Assembly: GCA_043826455.1 (NCBI GenBank)
Contig: JBDRQD010000036.1
Coordinates: 24,795 to 88,794 of the forward strand
DNA from: Candidatus Bathyarchaeota archaeon
Lineage (GTDB): Archaea; Thermoproteota; Bathyarchaeia; TCS64
Direction of reading: 5' to 3'
DNA: 64,000 nucleotides
This document shows positions 1 through 10,217 of the stretch, one piece after another; position 1 is the first letter of the stretch, and each line of letters begins with the position of its first letter. A program made the translations under genes and the position numbers. The notes under the pieces were generated by a model. It was not told the DNA's origin. It saw only the letters and a list, made by a program, of their open reading frames with translations, and searched no databases.

Positions 1-2
1 AA

Positions 3-449
3 CTCAAGTATCTCTCTCTCGGGGAGACGGTCACGGGCCCCCCAGAAGCCGAGGGAGTGCTCGACGCTGTGCCGCTCGATGCCGTCTCGGTGGCAGCACT
101 CGTGGACTCCGTCCAGTAGCCCGCTGACGTTTATCGAGATCCCCAGGTCTGCCTCGATGAGCTCCGCTATCACCTTCTGCAGGGTGTCGAGGTCCGTGAA
201 GACGGCGGCGGAGGTTGCTCCGTCCTTCAGGTTGGCGATGAGGTCGTGGAACTCTACGTCGTCTTGGAGGACGCTGCCCAGCTTGCTGCTCCCGATGTTG
301 ACGGGGTTGTGTTTTTGGCATATGCGTAGGAACTCGTGTATCTTGGGGGCCGAGCCCTCCCGGTTGATCCCCTTGGCCATTGTGACGAAGATGACGTAGT
401 CCCCCTTCAGGTTCTCGACGGTTCCCTGCCTGTGTAGCGTGTTGGTCAC
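3..449 (-). CDS. Conserved hypothetical protein, partial (runs off the window start); partner of the adjacent ferredoxin-domain gene
   Basis: Not in the ORF track. GTG at 449 overlaps the stop of 446..1258 (GTGA). The frame is open to base 3: MTNTLHRQGTVENLKGDYVIF...HSLGFWGARDRLPEREILE. Confidence 0.75.
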   Translation of the reverse strand, partial: MTNTLHRQGTVENLKGDYVIFVTMAKGINREGSAPKIHEFLRICQKHNPVNIGSSKLGSVLQDDVEFHDLIANLKDGATSAAVFTDLDTLQKVIAELIEADLGISINVSGLLDGVHECCHRDGIERHSVEHSLGFWGARDRLPEREILE

Positions 450-1258
450 TGGTGAGCCTCCTGGAACAAGGGCCTGCCTAGCCCAAGGTTCGTTTTACCG
501 TTAGGGCTTAGGGTGTAGCCGGCCTCCTTGACCCACTTTTCGTGGGGGACTGATCCGTCGGGGAGGCACCTGGACGCGACGCCAACAGAGTACACTGCGT
601 CAGTGCCCTGGATTGTTTGCAGGGTGCGTAGATAGTCGGGGATCTTCTCCAACCTGGTTTTGATCTCGATGATGGCTGAGAGGACCTTCTCGTCTAGGAC
701 CTCTTCCTTCATCTTGCCTGTCTTTGGGTCCTCCATCAACTGGGTCACCGGGTTGAACGGCTCGAACACGGGCTGGAGTGGCGCCAATGCCATGGCTACC
801 TTCTCGACGTCGCGTAGATGGGCGCCGGTTCCGGGTCGGCCCAGTTCTACAACGATTCCCGCCTCTCCATGCCTCAGCCTGCCCGTCACGTCGTTGGTCT
901 TGATCTCCTCTGTGCCCCGGCCGCCCACGCCGGTGCCCGGGTGAACCACGGTGGGGTCGCTGAACGCTGCGCGTAGGCTCCTGGGCCAGGTCAACTCGGG
1001 GGGCGTTAGGGCGCCGGTGGGGCAGACGTTCACCGGTGCCAGGTATTGCAGGTGCAGGAGGGATAGGGCCTTTCGTATGGCTCTTATCAGTGGAGGCCAG
1101 TACCCTTCATTTCCCAGCACCCGGTGGCAGGTGGAGCACTCCACGCACTCGTCTTGGTCTACTATGGATTTCCCGTCCACGTCCAAGGTGATGGCACCCA
1201 TCGGGCAGATGGTGTGGCAGTTACCGCACCCGACGCACTTTGTCTTATCTATTTCCAT
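446..1258 (-). CDS. 4Fe-4S dicluster (ferredoxin) domain protein
   Basis: CxxCxxCxxxCP motif plus a second CxxCxxC...CP motif at the N-terminus; GRGTEEIKTNDVTGR segment. Confidence 0.8.
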   Translation of the reverse strand: MEIDKTKCVGCGNCHTICPMGAITLDVDGKSIVDQDECVECSTCHRVLGNEGYWPPLIRAIRKALSLLHLQYLAPVNVCPTGALTPPELTWPRSLRAAFSDPTVVHPGTGVGGRGTEEIKTNDVTGRLRHGEAGIVVELGRPGTGAHLRDVEKVAMALAPLQPVFEPFNPVTQLMEDPKTGKMKEEVLDEKVLSAIIEIKTRLEKIPDYLRTLQTIQGTDAVYSVGVASRCLPDGSVPHEKWVKEAGYTLSPNGKTNLGLGRPLFQEAHQ

Positions 1259-1378
1259 GGTTTACTACTCCAATGCTGTATGATGAGATACACCGTCTCA
1301 ACCCGGTCCATTTAAAATCACAGGGTGGATTAGCCTCGGATGAGGATAAAATTATGGATTAAGTTGTATCGATGAATC

Positions 1379-1570
1379 CTACATTAGAACGAACGTGAAG
1401 ATTATTACGTCCTGCAGGAAGTGGATGAGCCAGGCCTAGGCGAAGCCTCCCGTCTCCTGCATGCTCTTACCCAGGAACCAGCTTAGGAACCCCAGGGTGC
1501 CGGCGCAGAAGATGGCCGCGAAGGTGGCGCCCACCTTGGTCTAAGGCTCAGGCCTCTCAATGACCATGAG
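1379..1570 (-). pseudogene. Remnant of a CPBP (CAAX protease-like) intramembrane protease C-terminus
   Basis: The minus strand reads ...GTLGFLSWFLGKSMQETGGFA*AWLIHFLQDVIIFTFVLM*, with in-frame TAG stops and no intact N-terminus. Confidence 0.55.
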
Positions 1571-1665
1571 CCGGGACGGAGCGGAAACGTCATGAAGGAG
1601 CATGGTCGGAACGAGTCAACCCCATGTGCCAAGTATTAAAACTGACGTGGATGCATCCAAATTAG

Positions 1666-2061
1666 GTGAGTGAAATGCCTGCGAAAGGTAAGGTTGTCAG
1701 ACTTGAGGACATTCCCTGGAGGAGGAACGACGACCCCAGGGACTGGCTTAACTATAAGCGCCTCCTCTGGGAGGAGACGGGGTCCAAGGAGCTCTGCGTG
1801 GGCCTCGGCGAGTTGCCCCCGGGCCGTGCACTCGGCCTCCACCACCATGTGGGGGACGCCGAGTTCTACTACGTGCTCAGCGGCAGGGCTAAGGTGACTG
1901 TGGAGGATATGGAGGTGGACGCCACCCCCGGCACCGCCATCTACATCCCGCCCTCGGCCAAGCACAGCATCGTGAACGACGGCACCGAGAACTTCGTCAT
2001 GGTGTACGGGCTCGATGCCCCCACACGCCGGTTCGTGTGGGACGAGCCCCTCACGGAGTAG
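1666..2061 (+). CDS. Cupin domain protein
   Basis: LHHH...EFYYVLSG...PG..IYIPP...H cupin motifs. Confidence 0.85.
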   Translation: MSEMPAKGKVVRLEDIPWRRNDDPRDWLNYKRLLWEETGSKELCVGLGELPPGRALGLHHHVGDAEFYYVLSGRAKVTVEDMEVDATPGTAIYIPPSAKHSIVNDGTENFVMVYGLDAPTRRFVWDEPLTE

Positions 2062-2143
2062 TTGGCGGCAGAGTCGTCGAGTCTAAGCCATCGGCGCTTG
2101 ATAGTTTATTATCTATGCCGACATCATCAATGTGGTGATAGAT

Positions 2144-2236
2144 ATGGGCATGAGGTCCTCCAAGAAGAAGCCGCTGACCAAGAAGGAGAGAGAGGAGAAA
2201 AGAAAGAAGCATAAAGAGAAAAAAGCGGAGAAGTAA
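2144..2236 (+). CDS. Small Lys-rich protein (30 aa, MGMRSSKKKPLTKKEREEKRKKHKEKKAEK)
   Basis: ATG preceded by a GGTGAT SD and an AT-rich TATA-like box near 2105; T-rich tract downstream. Confidence 0.5.
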   Translation: MGMRSSKKKPLTKKEREEKRKKHKEKKAEK

Positions 2237-2339
2237 TTCTCCCTAACCATTTATCTTATTTTACCTGAAGCGTTCCCCGTGAACGACTATTAATTAATAA
2301 TAATCAATGTTTTAAACGCCGGGCAGCCAAACCATACCC

Positions 2340-3392
2340 ATGCAGGATAAGGTTAAGGCCGCGGTATCCCAGGTGAGCCCCGTTTTCATGGACAAGGAGG
2401 CCACCGTCGAGAAAACCGTCAAAGCCATGGAGGAGGCCGCCCGCAGCAAGGCCCAGATCATAGTGTTCAGCGAGACCCACATCCCCGGGTACCCCTACTG
2501 GAGGGGCGCCAACCCCATCAGCAGGTGGAGCGCCAACCAGGTCGAGTACATGAAGAACGCTGTAAGTATTCCCAGTGATGAAACCGACATCCTCTGCCAG
2601 GCAGCAAGAGACAACGAGATAGTGGCCGTCGTCGGCTGCACCGAGATGAGCGACATCCCCGGCAGCAACACCCTCTACAACACGGTCCTCTTCATAGACG
2701 CCGACGGCACCCTCCTGGGCCGCCACAGGAAGCTCATGCCCACCCACGGAGAGCGCACCGTCTGGGGCATGGGGGACAGCCGCGACCTCAAAGTATTCAA
2801 GACAAGCGTAGGCACGGTGGGCGGCCTCATCTGCTACGAGCACCACATGACCCTCACCAAGGCGGCCATGGCGTACCTGGGCGAGGAGGTCCACTGCGCC
2901 CTCTGGGACGGTTACTGGGTCATGGACTGGCACCCCGGAAAGAAGCGCAGGTTCAGGGACGGCGACAACCCCTACCTCTGCGACATCGACTACGCGGTCC
3001 GGGAGTACGCCATAGAGACCCAGAGCTTCGTCCTCAGCGCCTGCCAGTACATCCCCGACGATGAGATGCCCGAGGACACCAAGGACTTCAACATAGCCAG
3101 CGGAGGCAGCAGCATCGTGAACCCAGCGGGCGTCTACCTGGTTGAGCCCACCTTCAACAAGGAGACCATCCTATACGCTGAGCTGGACCAGGACGACAGG
3201 CGTCACACCAAGGCGTACCTGGACGCCCTGGGCCACTACGCCAGGTGGGACCTCCTCCGCTTGGACATGAGGGGGGAGGCCAGCCAGCCCTTCACAAAAC
3301 ATGAGATACCCTACAGCAGGGTCAAGCAGGTGGCCGAGAGGCACGGCGTGGACCCGGACAAGCTGGAGAAGATGCTGAGGGACCTAGAGTAG
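2340..3392 (+). CDS. Nitrilase / carbon-nitrogen hydrolase
   Basis: E-K-C triad in FSET, HRKLMPT and ICYEH; GHYAR C-terminal motif. Confidence 0.9.
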   Translation: MQDKVKAAVSQVSPVFMDKEATVEKTVKAMEEAARSKAQIIVFSETHIPGYPYWRGANPISRWSANQVEYMKNAVSIPSDETDILCQAARDNEIVAVVGCTEMSDIPGSNTLYNTVLFIDADGTLLGRHRKLMPTHGERTVWGMGDSRDLKVFKTSVGTVGGLICYEHHMTLTKAAMAYLGEEVHCALWDGYWVMDWHPGKKRRFRDGDNPYLCDIDYAVREYAIETQSFVLSACQYIPDDEMPEDTKDFNIASGGSSIVNPAGVYLVEPTFNKETILYAELDQDDRRHTKAYLDALGHYARWDLLRLDMRGEASQPFTKHEIPYSRVKQVAERHGVDPDKLEKMLRDLE

Positions 3393-4631
3393 GCGCTTCT
3401 CAGGAGGCTTGGCCAGGTACGCGGTGACGGTGGCCAGGGCCATGCCTGCGCCCAGGAACATGAGGGTCCCGTAGTAGCCCCCCGTCTGGTCCACCAACCA
3501 GCCACCGATGAGGGGAAACAGACCGCCCCCCAGCCCACCGGCCAGGGTGAGGACACCGAACAGGCTCGTGTTGTACTTCCTACCGAAGTAATCCGTTATT
3601 ACCGCTGCGTACTGCTCGGGGGCGCCACCGTAGGAGATGCCGTAGAGGACGGCCCACCCGTAGAGGAGGGTGAGGTCAGCCGGGATCATCGTGGCCACGA
3701 GGAAGGCGGCAGCCATCCCCAGGGTCGTGGCAAGGATGGTGACCTTCCTCCCGTATCGGTCGGAGACGATGCCGAAGAGGAAGCTCCCAGCGGCGCTCAT
3801 CAGCCCTATGACGCCAAAGGCGCCGCTCGCCTGCACCGGGGGGATGCCTATCCTGATCATGTGGGGCACCACGAAGGTGAGGATGCTGATGATTCCGCCC
3901 ACGGCGAAGAAGTAGGAGACCGCGATCAGCCGAAACGTGGGGGTCTTCACGGCGTCCCCCGGGAGCCAGTTGTCGTCAGAGGAGGCCGAGGCTTCTTCCG
4001 CGGTGGGGTTGCTGTCGCCGTCGGGGTGCAGCCCCAGGCTCTCAGGGTCCTCCCGCATGAACAGGAACCCTATGAGACTGGTCACGGCCAGCACCGTCAG
4101 CCCCAGGGCCTGTATGGTTGCCCTCCAGCCCAGGATGGGAATGATCGAAGCCACCACGGGTATGATGACAGCCTGGCCGACGCTCACCCCTATGCTGCTC
4201 CAGCCCACGGTGATGCCCCGCTTCCTGTGGAAGAACTTGGAAAGCGCCATGGTGGGCACCACGTAGAGGGCCGCCGCCCCGGCGGCGGCCATGACGCCCC
4301 AGAACAGGTACAGCATCCAGAGCTCCTGGACCAGGGAGACCAGGGCGCCGCCTCCTCCCATCAGCAGGCCGCCTATGAGAACCGTCTTCCGGACGCCCAC
4401 CCTCTCGGCTAGGCGCCCCACGAAGGGCGCAGCGAAGGCGTAGACCCAGAAGAAGATGGTGACTCCGCTGGCCGTGGCCGCGGTGCTCCACCCGAACTCC
4501 TCCTGGATGGGGGTGAAGAAGATGCCGACGCTGTACCTGAGGCCGTACATGAACATGTATATGAGGAAGGTGATGGCGAAGATGACCCACCCGTAGTAGA
4601 AGGGCAGCCGCGCCTCCCAGCGGTCGTCCAT
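3384..4631 (-). CDS. MFS transporter (OFA/MCT-like)
   Basis: About 12 TM segments; GRLAERVGVRK and SDRYGRK motifs. Start moved to ATG 4631. Confidence 0.9.
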   Translation of the reverse strand: MDDRWEARLPFYYGWVIFAITFLIYMFMYGLRYSVGIFFTPIQEEFGWSTAATASGVTIFFWVYAFAAPFVGRLAERVGVRKTVLIGGLLMGGGGALVSLVQELWMLYLFWGVMAAAGAAALYVVPTMALSKFFHRKRGITVGWSSIGVSVGQAVIIPVVASIIPILGWRATIQALGLTVLAVTSLIGFLFMREDPESLGLHPDGDSNPTAEEASASSDDNWLPGDAVKTPTFRLIAVSYFFAVGGIISILTFVVPHMIRIGIPPVQASGAFGVIGLMSAAGSFLFGIVSDRYGRKVTILATTLGMAAAFLVATMIPADLTLLYGWAVLYGISYGGAPEQYAAVITDYFGRKYNTSLFGVLTLAGGLGGGLFPLIGGWLVDQTGGYYGTLMFLGAGMALATVTAYLAKPPEKRLL

Positions 4632-4706
4632 GGCACAAGTCACACGGCTTTGACGATAAAAGGTTTCCAGCAGCAACCCTAAACACTGCCGAGCGTCATT
4701 TAGTGT

Positions 4707-5411
4707 ATGCGTAGCTGCGCCCTCTTCGACGTGGACGGCACCCTCCTCAGGGGCTTCATAGTACAGAGCTTCCCCCGATACCTAGCAGACCAGGGTGTGA
4801 TCAGCAAAGGCTTCTCCGACAGGATAGACGAAATCGTCCGCAACTACAGCAGGGGCGCCGCCGACTACAGGCACGCAGCCGAGACGGTGCCAGCCATATA
4901 CGCGGAGGCCATCACTGGGGTCGAGGAGGTCACCGTCAGGAGGCACGCCGAGGACTACATGAGGGGACACGTGCCGGCGTCCATCCACCCCTACGCCAGT
5001 GAGCTGGTCAGGGCGGTCCGGGGGAAGGTGGACCTGGTCATCGCCTTGTCCGGTTCACCCACGGAGCCCATACAATGTGTGAAGGTTCTAGGCTTCGACT
5101 ATGCCTACGGCAGCGTCTTCGAGGCCAGGGACGGCGTCTACACGGGAAAGATAGACTGGAACCTGATACTGGGGGAGAGGAAGGCAGAGTACGCCGGAAT
5201 CATAGCGGAGAAGCACGGCTTCAGCCTCCGCAGGACGGCGGGCTTCGGGGACTCGGACCAGGACGCCCAGACCTTGCAAGCCACAGGTCTGCCCATAGCT
5301 CTGAACCCCAGTGACGCGATGCGGGAGATATGCCGGGGCCGGGGCTGGAGGATGTACACCACGGAGACCGTCAACGTCCCAGAGATAGTGGAGCTGGTCT
5401 CCGGCCTCTGA
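4707..5411 (+). CDS. HAD-superfamily hydrolase (SerB-like, IB)
   Basis: FDVDGT, SGS, K and GDSDQD motifs. Confidence 0.85.
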   Translation: MRSCALFDVDGTLLRGFIVQSFPRYLADQGVISKGFSDRIDEIVRNYSRGAADYRHAAETVPAIYAEAITGVEEVTVRRHAEDYMRGHVPASIHPYASELVRAVRGKVDLVIALSGSPTEPIQCVKVLGFDYAYGSVFEARDGVYTGKIDWNLILGERKAEYAGIIAEKHGFSLRRTAGFGDSDQDAQTLQATGLPIALNPSDAMREICRGRGWRMYTTETVNVPEIVELVSGL

Positions 5412-5435
5412 GAAGCCTCTTAACCCCAAGGAGTC

Positions 5436-6632
5436 ATGGTGGGAGTAATGAAAGGGCTGAGGGGCGTCACCAGGGACGTGGCGCTGGTGAGCGTCGCAAT
5501 ATTCTTCCTAGACGCCAGCCACAGCACCGTGATACCTCTCTTCCCGGGCTTCGCCCGAGGCATAGGCGCATCACTCAGCGTGCTGGGCAGCTACGACTCC
5601 GTCTCGGCCGTCTTCATGTTCCTCCTGGCCATACCCCTGGGGAGGCTGTCCGACAGGCTGGGCAGGAAACGCATGATCATACCCGGCACGCTTCTCTTCA
5701 TCCTGGTGCCCCTCTCCTACATCCTGGCCACGGGGCCCCTCCAACTGTACCCGATAAGGGTGGGCCTCGGCCTCGGGCTGGGCCTCGTCTTCGGCAACGG
5801 GTTCCTCCTCATGTCCGAGGTGGCGGAGCCGGGTTTCAGGAACACGGCCCAGGGGATATATATGACCTCCATGGGCCTGGGCTTCACCCTGGGTCCCCTC
5901 ATAGGTGGGTTCACGGCCAAGCTGTATGGGGCCGAGACCAGCTTCTTCATCAGCAGTGCCCTGGGCGTCGCCGGGCTCCTGGTCCTCAGCCTTGTCAGGG
6001 AGAGGAGAAGAGCGGTGGCTGGGCCTGAGAGGAAGGCGCCCCGGCTCAGAGACCTACTAGCGGATGCGAGGATACTGGCGTCCGGCGTCGCCAACTACGT
6101 GAACAGCCTCATGTACATAGCCGTCACCCTCTTCTTCCCCGTCTACGGCGTCAACATTGGCTTCGATGAGGCCGAGGTGGGCATAGGGCTGACCTCCAGG
6201 GGCCTGGCCAGCACACTGGTCCGGCTCCCGGTGGGCGCCCTCACCAGGCACGTGAGGGCGCTGAACCTGATGCTTCTGGGTCTGGCTTTCAGCGCTGCCA
6301 CCGTCTACGGCGTCTCGGGGGCCACGACCCTGGTCATGGTCACGGTGCTCATGGGGCTCCAGGGGGTGGCCTACGGCATATACCTGACCTCGGGCAACGT
6401 CTACGTGTCGGAGGAGGCGCCGGAGGAGCTGAGGGGCACCGCCATGGCCGTCTACTCCATGTTCGGCAACGTCAGCGGCATGGTTAACCCCCTGCTCCTG
6501 GGTGTCATCGCGGAGAGCTACGGTGGCAGGGGGGCGATGCGGTTCGCCGCGGGCTTCACAATGTTAGGGATAGCCGCGGTCTACGCCCTGGCCGGAATAA
6601 GGACGAGGGTAGCTGAGAAGAGGGACGCCTAA
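5436..6632 (+). CDS. MFS transporter
   Basis: GRLSDRLGRK motif A and about 12 TM segments. Confidence 0.9.
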   Translation: MVGVMKGLRGVTRDVALVSVAIFFLDASHSTVIPLFPGFARGIGASLSVLGSYDSVSAVFMFLLAIPLGRLSDRLGRKRMIIPGTLLFILVPLSYILATGPLQLYPIRVGLGLGLGLVFGNGFLLMSEVAEPGFRNTAQGIYMTSMGLGFTLGPLIGGFTAKLYGAETSFFISSALGVAGLLVLSLVRERRRAVAGPERKAPRLRDLLADARILASGVANYVNSLMYIAVTLFFPVYGVNIGFDEAEVGIGLTSRGLASTLVRLPVGALTRHVRALNLMLLGLAFSAATVYGVSGATTLVMVTVLMGLQGVAYGIYLTSGNVYVSEEAPEELRGTAMAVYSMFGNVSGMVNPLLLGVIAESYGGRGAMRFAAGFTMLGIAAVYALAGIRTRVAEKRDA

Positions 6633-6641
6633 GGCTGTTGG

Positions 6642-7298
6642 TCACCGGGTCTGGCTCCTCAGAGCCTCGAAGGCCTTGGACGCGTCTTCCTCGTGGATGA
6701 CGAGGCTTATCTCGTCGCCGGTGAAGAAGGCGTCCACCATGTGAACACCGTTCCTGAAGAGGAGGTCCGTCAGCAGAGCTATCCTGTCGTACCTGTCGTC
6801 CCCCGGCGCTGTGGTTATGTTCAGCTCAGCGTAGCCCTCGGAGAGGGCCGGCTCGTACTGCCACAGGTCCTGCATGAGCTGGGTCATGGCGTCGCCCGTG
6901 GTCAGCACCTTGAGGCTGCCCGGGAACTGGTGAAACCGGACGGGGAAGCCCTGCTTCTGGTGCTCCATCAACGTCTCGATGATCTCCGTCTGCTCCCTGC
7001 GGCTCACCTTGAGGCTCAGCTCCTTGACGTCCGTCACCAGGTTGAGCCTTGACCCGTGGAGGGCGCCCCTGGTCTCCGAGGGTGCCTCGTCCAAGGCCTC
7101 CCTGCTGAACCTCATGATGGCGGTGACTATGGTGTTGGGGTCCACCTGGTTGCCTGCCAGGTCTTCTACGTCTTCCTGGATGTACCTGGCCGCGGCGCTG
7201 TAGTTGATGACCTGCATCCTGATGCCCCGGTACAGGTAGGGGTTCTGGGTGATGATGACCCGTACCGCTTCCTGGACTGAGCGCCGCCTGATTGACAT
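6642..7298 (-). CDS. Archaeal ACT-domain protein with an N-terminal helical domain; putative regulator
   Basis: INYSAAARYI...NTIVTAIMR N-terminus; C-terminal ACT-like EISLVIHEEDASKAF; divergent from hsp20. Confidence 0.65.
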   Translation of the reverse strand: MSIRRRSVQEAVRVIITQNPYLYRGIRMQVINYSAAARYIQEDVEDLAGNQVDPNTIVTAIMRFSREALDEAPSETRGALHGSRLNLVTDVKELSLKVSRREQTEIIETLMEHQKQGFPVRFHQFPGSLKVLTTGDAMTQLMQDLWQYEPALSEGYAELNITTAPGDDRYDRIALLTDLLFRNGVHMVDAFFTGDEISLVIHEEDASKAFEALRSQTR

Positions 7299-7468
7299 CA
7301 CTTCATGATGAAACCAGCGTAATATAAAAATTTATGACATGTAGTCATGTTTTCTGGGGAATCCGGTGTTGTTGACGGAAACCCACATAATATGTCAGAA
7401 ACATGACATTTTGACATAAGATTTATATTCTGGGCCTCAGCAGACACCCCCAGTGAAATAACATGTCA
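7293..7468. promoter_or_regulatory. Divergent promoter region with six TGACAT/ATGTCA hexamers (candidate operator) and two TATA boxes
   Basis: Hexamers at 7293, 7335, 7392, 7404, 7412 and 7463. TATA boxes at 7321-7330 (-) and 7422-7428 (+). Confidence 0.55.
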
Positions 7469-7978
7469 TGGATAAACGACGACTTCGAGAGGTTCATGGA
7501 AAAAATCTTCAGACAGTGGGGAATAAACCCGGAGCTTAACGCGGGCCCCGGCGACCCCAACGTCAAGACGTGGACCTACGGGTACGCCATGACCATGGGG
7601 CCGGACGGAAAACCCGTCATCAGAGAGTGGGGCACAGGCCTACCCGGCCAGGAGACCCCCCTAGGCACGCCCCAGCCAGCCATACCTCAGGCAGTTGAAC
7701 CCCTCACACAGGTGGACTGCGACGCGGCCCATATGAAGGCCCGGGTCCTAGTGGAGATGCCGGGGGTAACCAAAGAGTCCATTAAGGTGAAGGCTACCGA
7801 GACCGCGGTGCGGGTCACCGCCAGCCACGGCGGCAAAGACTACGACGTGGAAGTGCCCATCAACGCCAAGGTAGACCCCAACTCGGCTAAAGCCACGTAC
7901 AACAACGGGGTGCTGGACCTGTCCTTCGACCTAGTGGAGGCCCCCCGAGAGGACGGAGTGGACGTCCCAGTCAACTAG
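7463..7978 (+). CDS. hsp20: Archaeal small heat shock protein Hsp20
   Basis: YGYAMTMGPDGKPVIREWG and alpha-crystallin EMPGV...AKATYNNGVL motifs. Confidence 0.92.
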   Translation: MSWINDDFERFMEKIFRQWGINPELNAGPGDPNVKTWTYGYAMTMGPDGKPVIREWGTGLPGQETPLGTPQPAIPQAVEPLTQVDCDAAHMKARVLVEMPGVTKESIKVKATETAVRVTASHGGKDYDVEVPINAKVDPNSAKATYNNGVLDLSFDLVEAPREDGVDVPVN

Positions 7979-7999
7979 ACACGATAGGAGATTATCAGA

Positions 8000-10180
8000 A
8001 TGGAAAAGATCACACTCAGAGTAGCGGAGGCCCCGTCGAACCTAGTCGGCAGAGGCATAGCCGTAGTAGACCCCAAGATCATACAGGAGAACGGGTGGCA
8101 GTCCGGCGAGGTGCTGGAGATCACCGGCTCCCAGAAGACCTACGCCAAGGTCTGGCCCGGCCAGACGGCCGAGTACGGCAAAGGCCTCATCAGGGTCGAC
8201 GGCCTCACCAGGAACAACGCCGGCGTAGGCATAGACGACAGGGTCACCGTGAGGCGGGCTGAGGCCCGACCAGCCACACAGCTCACCCTGTACCCCACGG
8301 AGCCCCTGCGCATCGTTGGCGGGGAACGGTACCTGGCCCAGCTCCTGGAAGGCAGGGTCATCAGCCAGGGCACGGTCATCACCATCAACATAATGGGCCG
8401 CAGGGTGGACCTGGTGGTCACCCAGGCCCAGCCGAGGGCCGACGTCGTCATAGTGAACCAGGGCACCCAGATAGTGTTCACAGACAAGGCGCCCCGGCAG
8501 GCCATGGGCAACATACCCAAGGTCAGCTACGAGGACATAGGCGGCCTGGACAGGGAGATAGCCAAGGTCAGGGAGATGATAGAGCTACCCCTGAAGCACC
8601 CGGAGCTCTTCGAGCGCCTCGGCGTTGAGGCCCCCAAGGGCGTGCTGCTGCACGGCCCCCCGGGCACAGGCAAAACCCTGCTGGCCAAGGCGGTGGCCAA
8701 CGAGACCAACGCCAGCTTCTACCACATAGGCGGCCCCGAGATCATGAGCAAGTTCTACGGCGAGTCCGAGGAGAGGCTCAGGGAGATATTCAAGGAGGCC
8801 CAGGAGAACGCCCCCAGCATCATATTCATAGACGAGATCGACAGCATAGCGCCGAAGCGTGAGGAGGTCTCGGGCGACGTGGAGAAGCGCATCGTCTCGC
8901 AGCTCCTCACCATCATGGACGGCCTGGAGAGCCGCGGCAAGATAGTGGTCATAGGAGCCACCAACAGGGTCAACGCCCTGGACCCGGCCCTCAGGAGGCC
9001 CGGCCGCTTCGACAGGGAGATCGAGATCGGGCTGCCCGACAGGACTGGCAGGCTGCAGGTGCTCCACATCCACACCAGGGGCATGCCCCTCTCAGAGGAC
9101 GTGAAGCTGGAGGCCATCGCCGACAGGACCCACGGCTTCGTGGGCGCCGACCTGGAGGCACTGGCCAAGGAGGCCGCCATGGGCGCCCTGCGGCGGGTGC
9201 TCCCGGAGATCAACATGGAGGAGAGCAGCGTCCCCGCCGAGATACTGGACAAGATAGACGTCACCATGAAGGACTTCTGGGACGCCCTCCGCGAGGTGCC
9301 GCCCAGCACCCTGAGGGAGGTCCTGGTGGAGAACCCCAACGTGAAGTGGGAGGACGTGGGAGGCCTGGAGGAGGCTAAGGCTGAGCTCAGGCAGGCCGTG
9401 GAGTGGCCCCTCAAGTACAGGGCCGTCTTCGAGTACGCGGAAGTGAAGCCCCCTAAGGGCATAATGCTCTACGGTCCCCCCGGCACGGGCAAGACGCTGC
9501 TGGCCAAGGCCGTGGCCACGGAGAGTGAGGTGAACTTCATCAGCGTCAAGGGCCCCGAGCTCCTCAGCAAGTGGGTGGGCGAGTCCGAGAGAGGCGTCAG
9601 GGAGGTCTTCAGGAAGGCCAGGCAGGCGGCCCCCTGCATCATCTTCTTCGACGAGATAGACAGCATAGTGCCCCCCCGAGGAAGGGACCTGGGCACCAAC
9701 GTCACCGAGCGGGTGGTCAGCCAGATACTCAGTGAGCTGGACGGCTTGGACGCCCTGAAGGACGTGGTGGTGGTCGCGGCCACCAACAGGCCCGACATGG
9801 TTGACCCGGCTCTCATGCGGCCCGGCAGGATCGACAGGATGCTGTACATCCCTGAGCCGGACCTGGAGGCGCGGAAGGCCATCATCAGGATACACACGCG
9901 GGGCAAGCCCCTCGGCCCGGACCTGGACATTGACAGGCTGGCCGAGCAGATGGAGGGCTACAACGGGGCTGACATAGCTGCGACGTGCAGCGCGGCCAGC
10001 ATGGCGGCCATCAACGAGCATCTGTCCAAGTACGGGGACCCCGAGGAGGCCGCGGAGCACAAGGGTGAGCTGGTAGTCACCATGAGCCACTTTACGAGGG
10101 CCTTCGAGAAGGTGAAGACCAGCAGCTACCAGAGGGCCACCATATACTGGGACGGCCAGAAGAGCAGCAACGTCGTCTAA
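8000..10180 (+). CDS. cdc48: CDC48/VAT AAA+ ATPase
   Basis: N-domain plus two GPPGTGKT and DEID AAA modules with RPGR fingers. Confidence 0.97.
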   Translation: MEKITLRVAEAPSNLVGRGIAVVDPKIIQENGWQSGEVLEITGSQKTYAKVWPGQTAEYGKGLIRVDGLTRNNAGVGIDDRVTVRRAEARPATQLTLYPTEPLRIVGGERYLAQLLEGRVISQGTVITINIMGRRVDLVVTQAQPRADVVIVNQGTQIVFTDKAPRQAMGNIPKVSYEDIGGLDREIAKVREMIELPLKHPELFERLGVEAPKGVLLHGPPGTGKTLLAKAVANETNASFYHIGGPEIMSKFYGESEERLREIFKEAQENAPSIIFIDEIDSIAPKREEVSGDVEKRIVSQLLTIMDGLESRGKIVVIGATNRVNALDPALRRPGRFDREIEIGLPDRTGRLQVLHIHTRGMPLSEDVKLEAIADRTHGFVGADLEALAKEAAMGALRRVLPEINMEESSVPAEILDKIDVTMKDFWDALREVPPSTLREVLVENPNVKWEDVGGLEEAKAELRQAVEWPLKYRAVFEYAEVKPPKGIMLYGPPGTGKTLLAKAVATESEVNFISVKGPELLSKWVGESERGVREVFRKARQAAPCIIFFDEIDSIVPPRGRDLGTNVTERVVSQILSELDGLDALKDVVVVAATNRPDMVDPALMRPGRIDRMLYIPEPDLEARKAIIRIHTRGKPLGPDLDIDRLAEQMEGYNGADIAATCSAASMAAINEHLSKYGDPEEAAEHKGELVVTMSHFTRAFEKVKTSSYQRATIYWDGQKSSNVV

Positions 10181-10185
10181 GCCTG

Positions 10186-10217
10186 GGCTGGTTTCCAGCC
10201 TACTTCTTTTTTCGTTT
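10186..10217 (+). terminator. Short hairpin plus T-tract downstream of cdc48
   Basis: GGCTG-GTTTC-CAGCC followed by TACTTCTTTTTTCGTTT. Confidence 0.5.

Noticed and set aside
1379..1570. Pyrrolysine read-through of the in-frame TAG codons
   Set aside because: The fragment is truncated, a TGG-to-TAG nonsense change explains it, and there are no pyl genes in the window.
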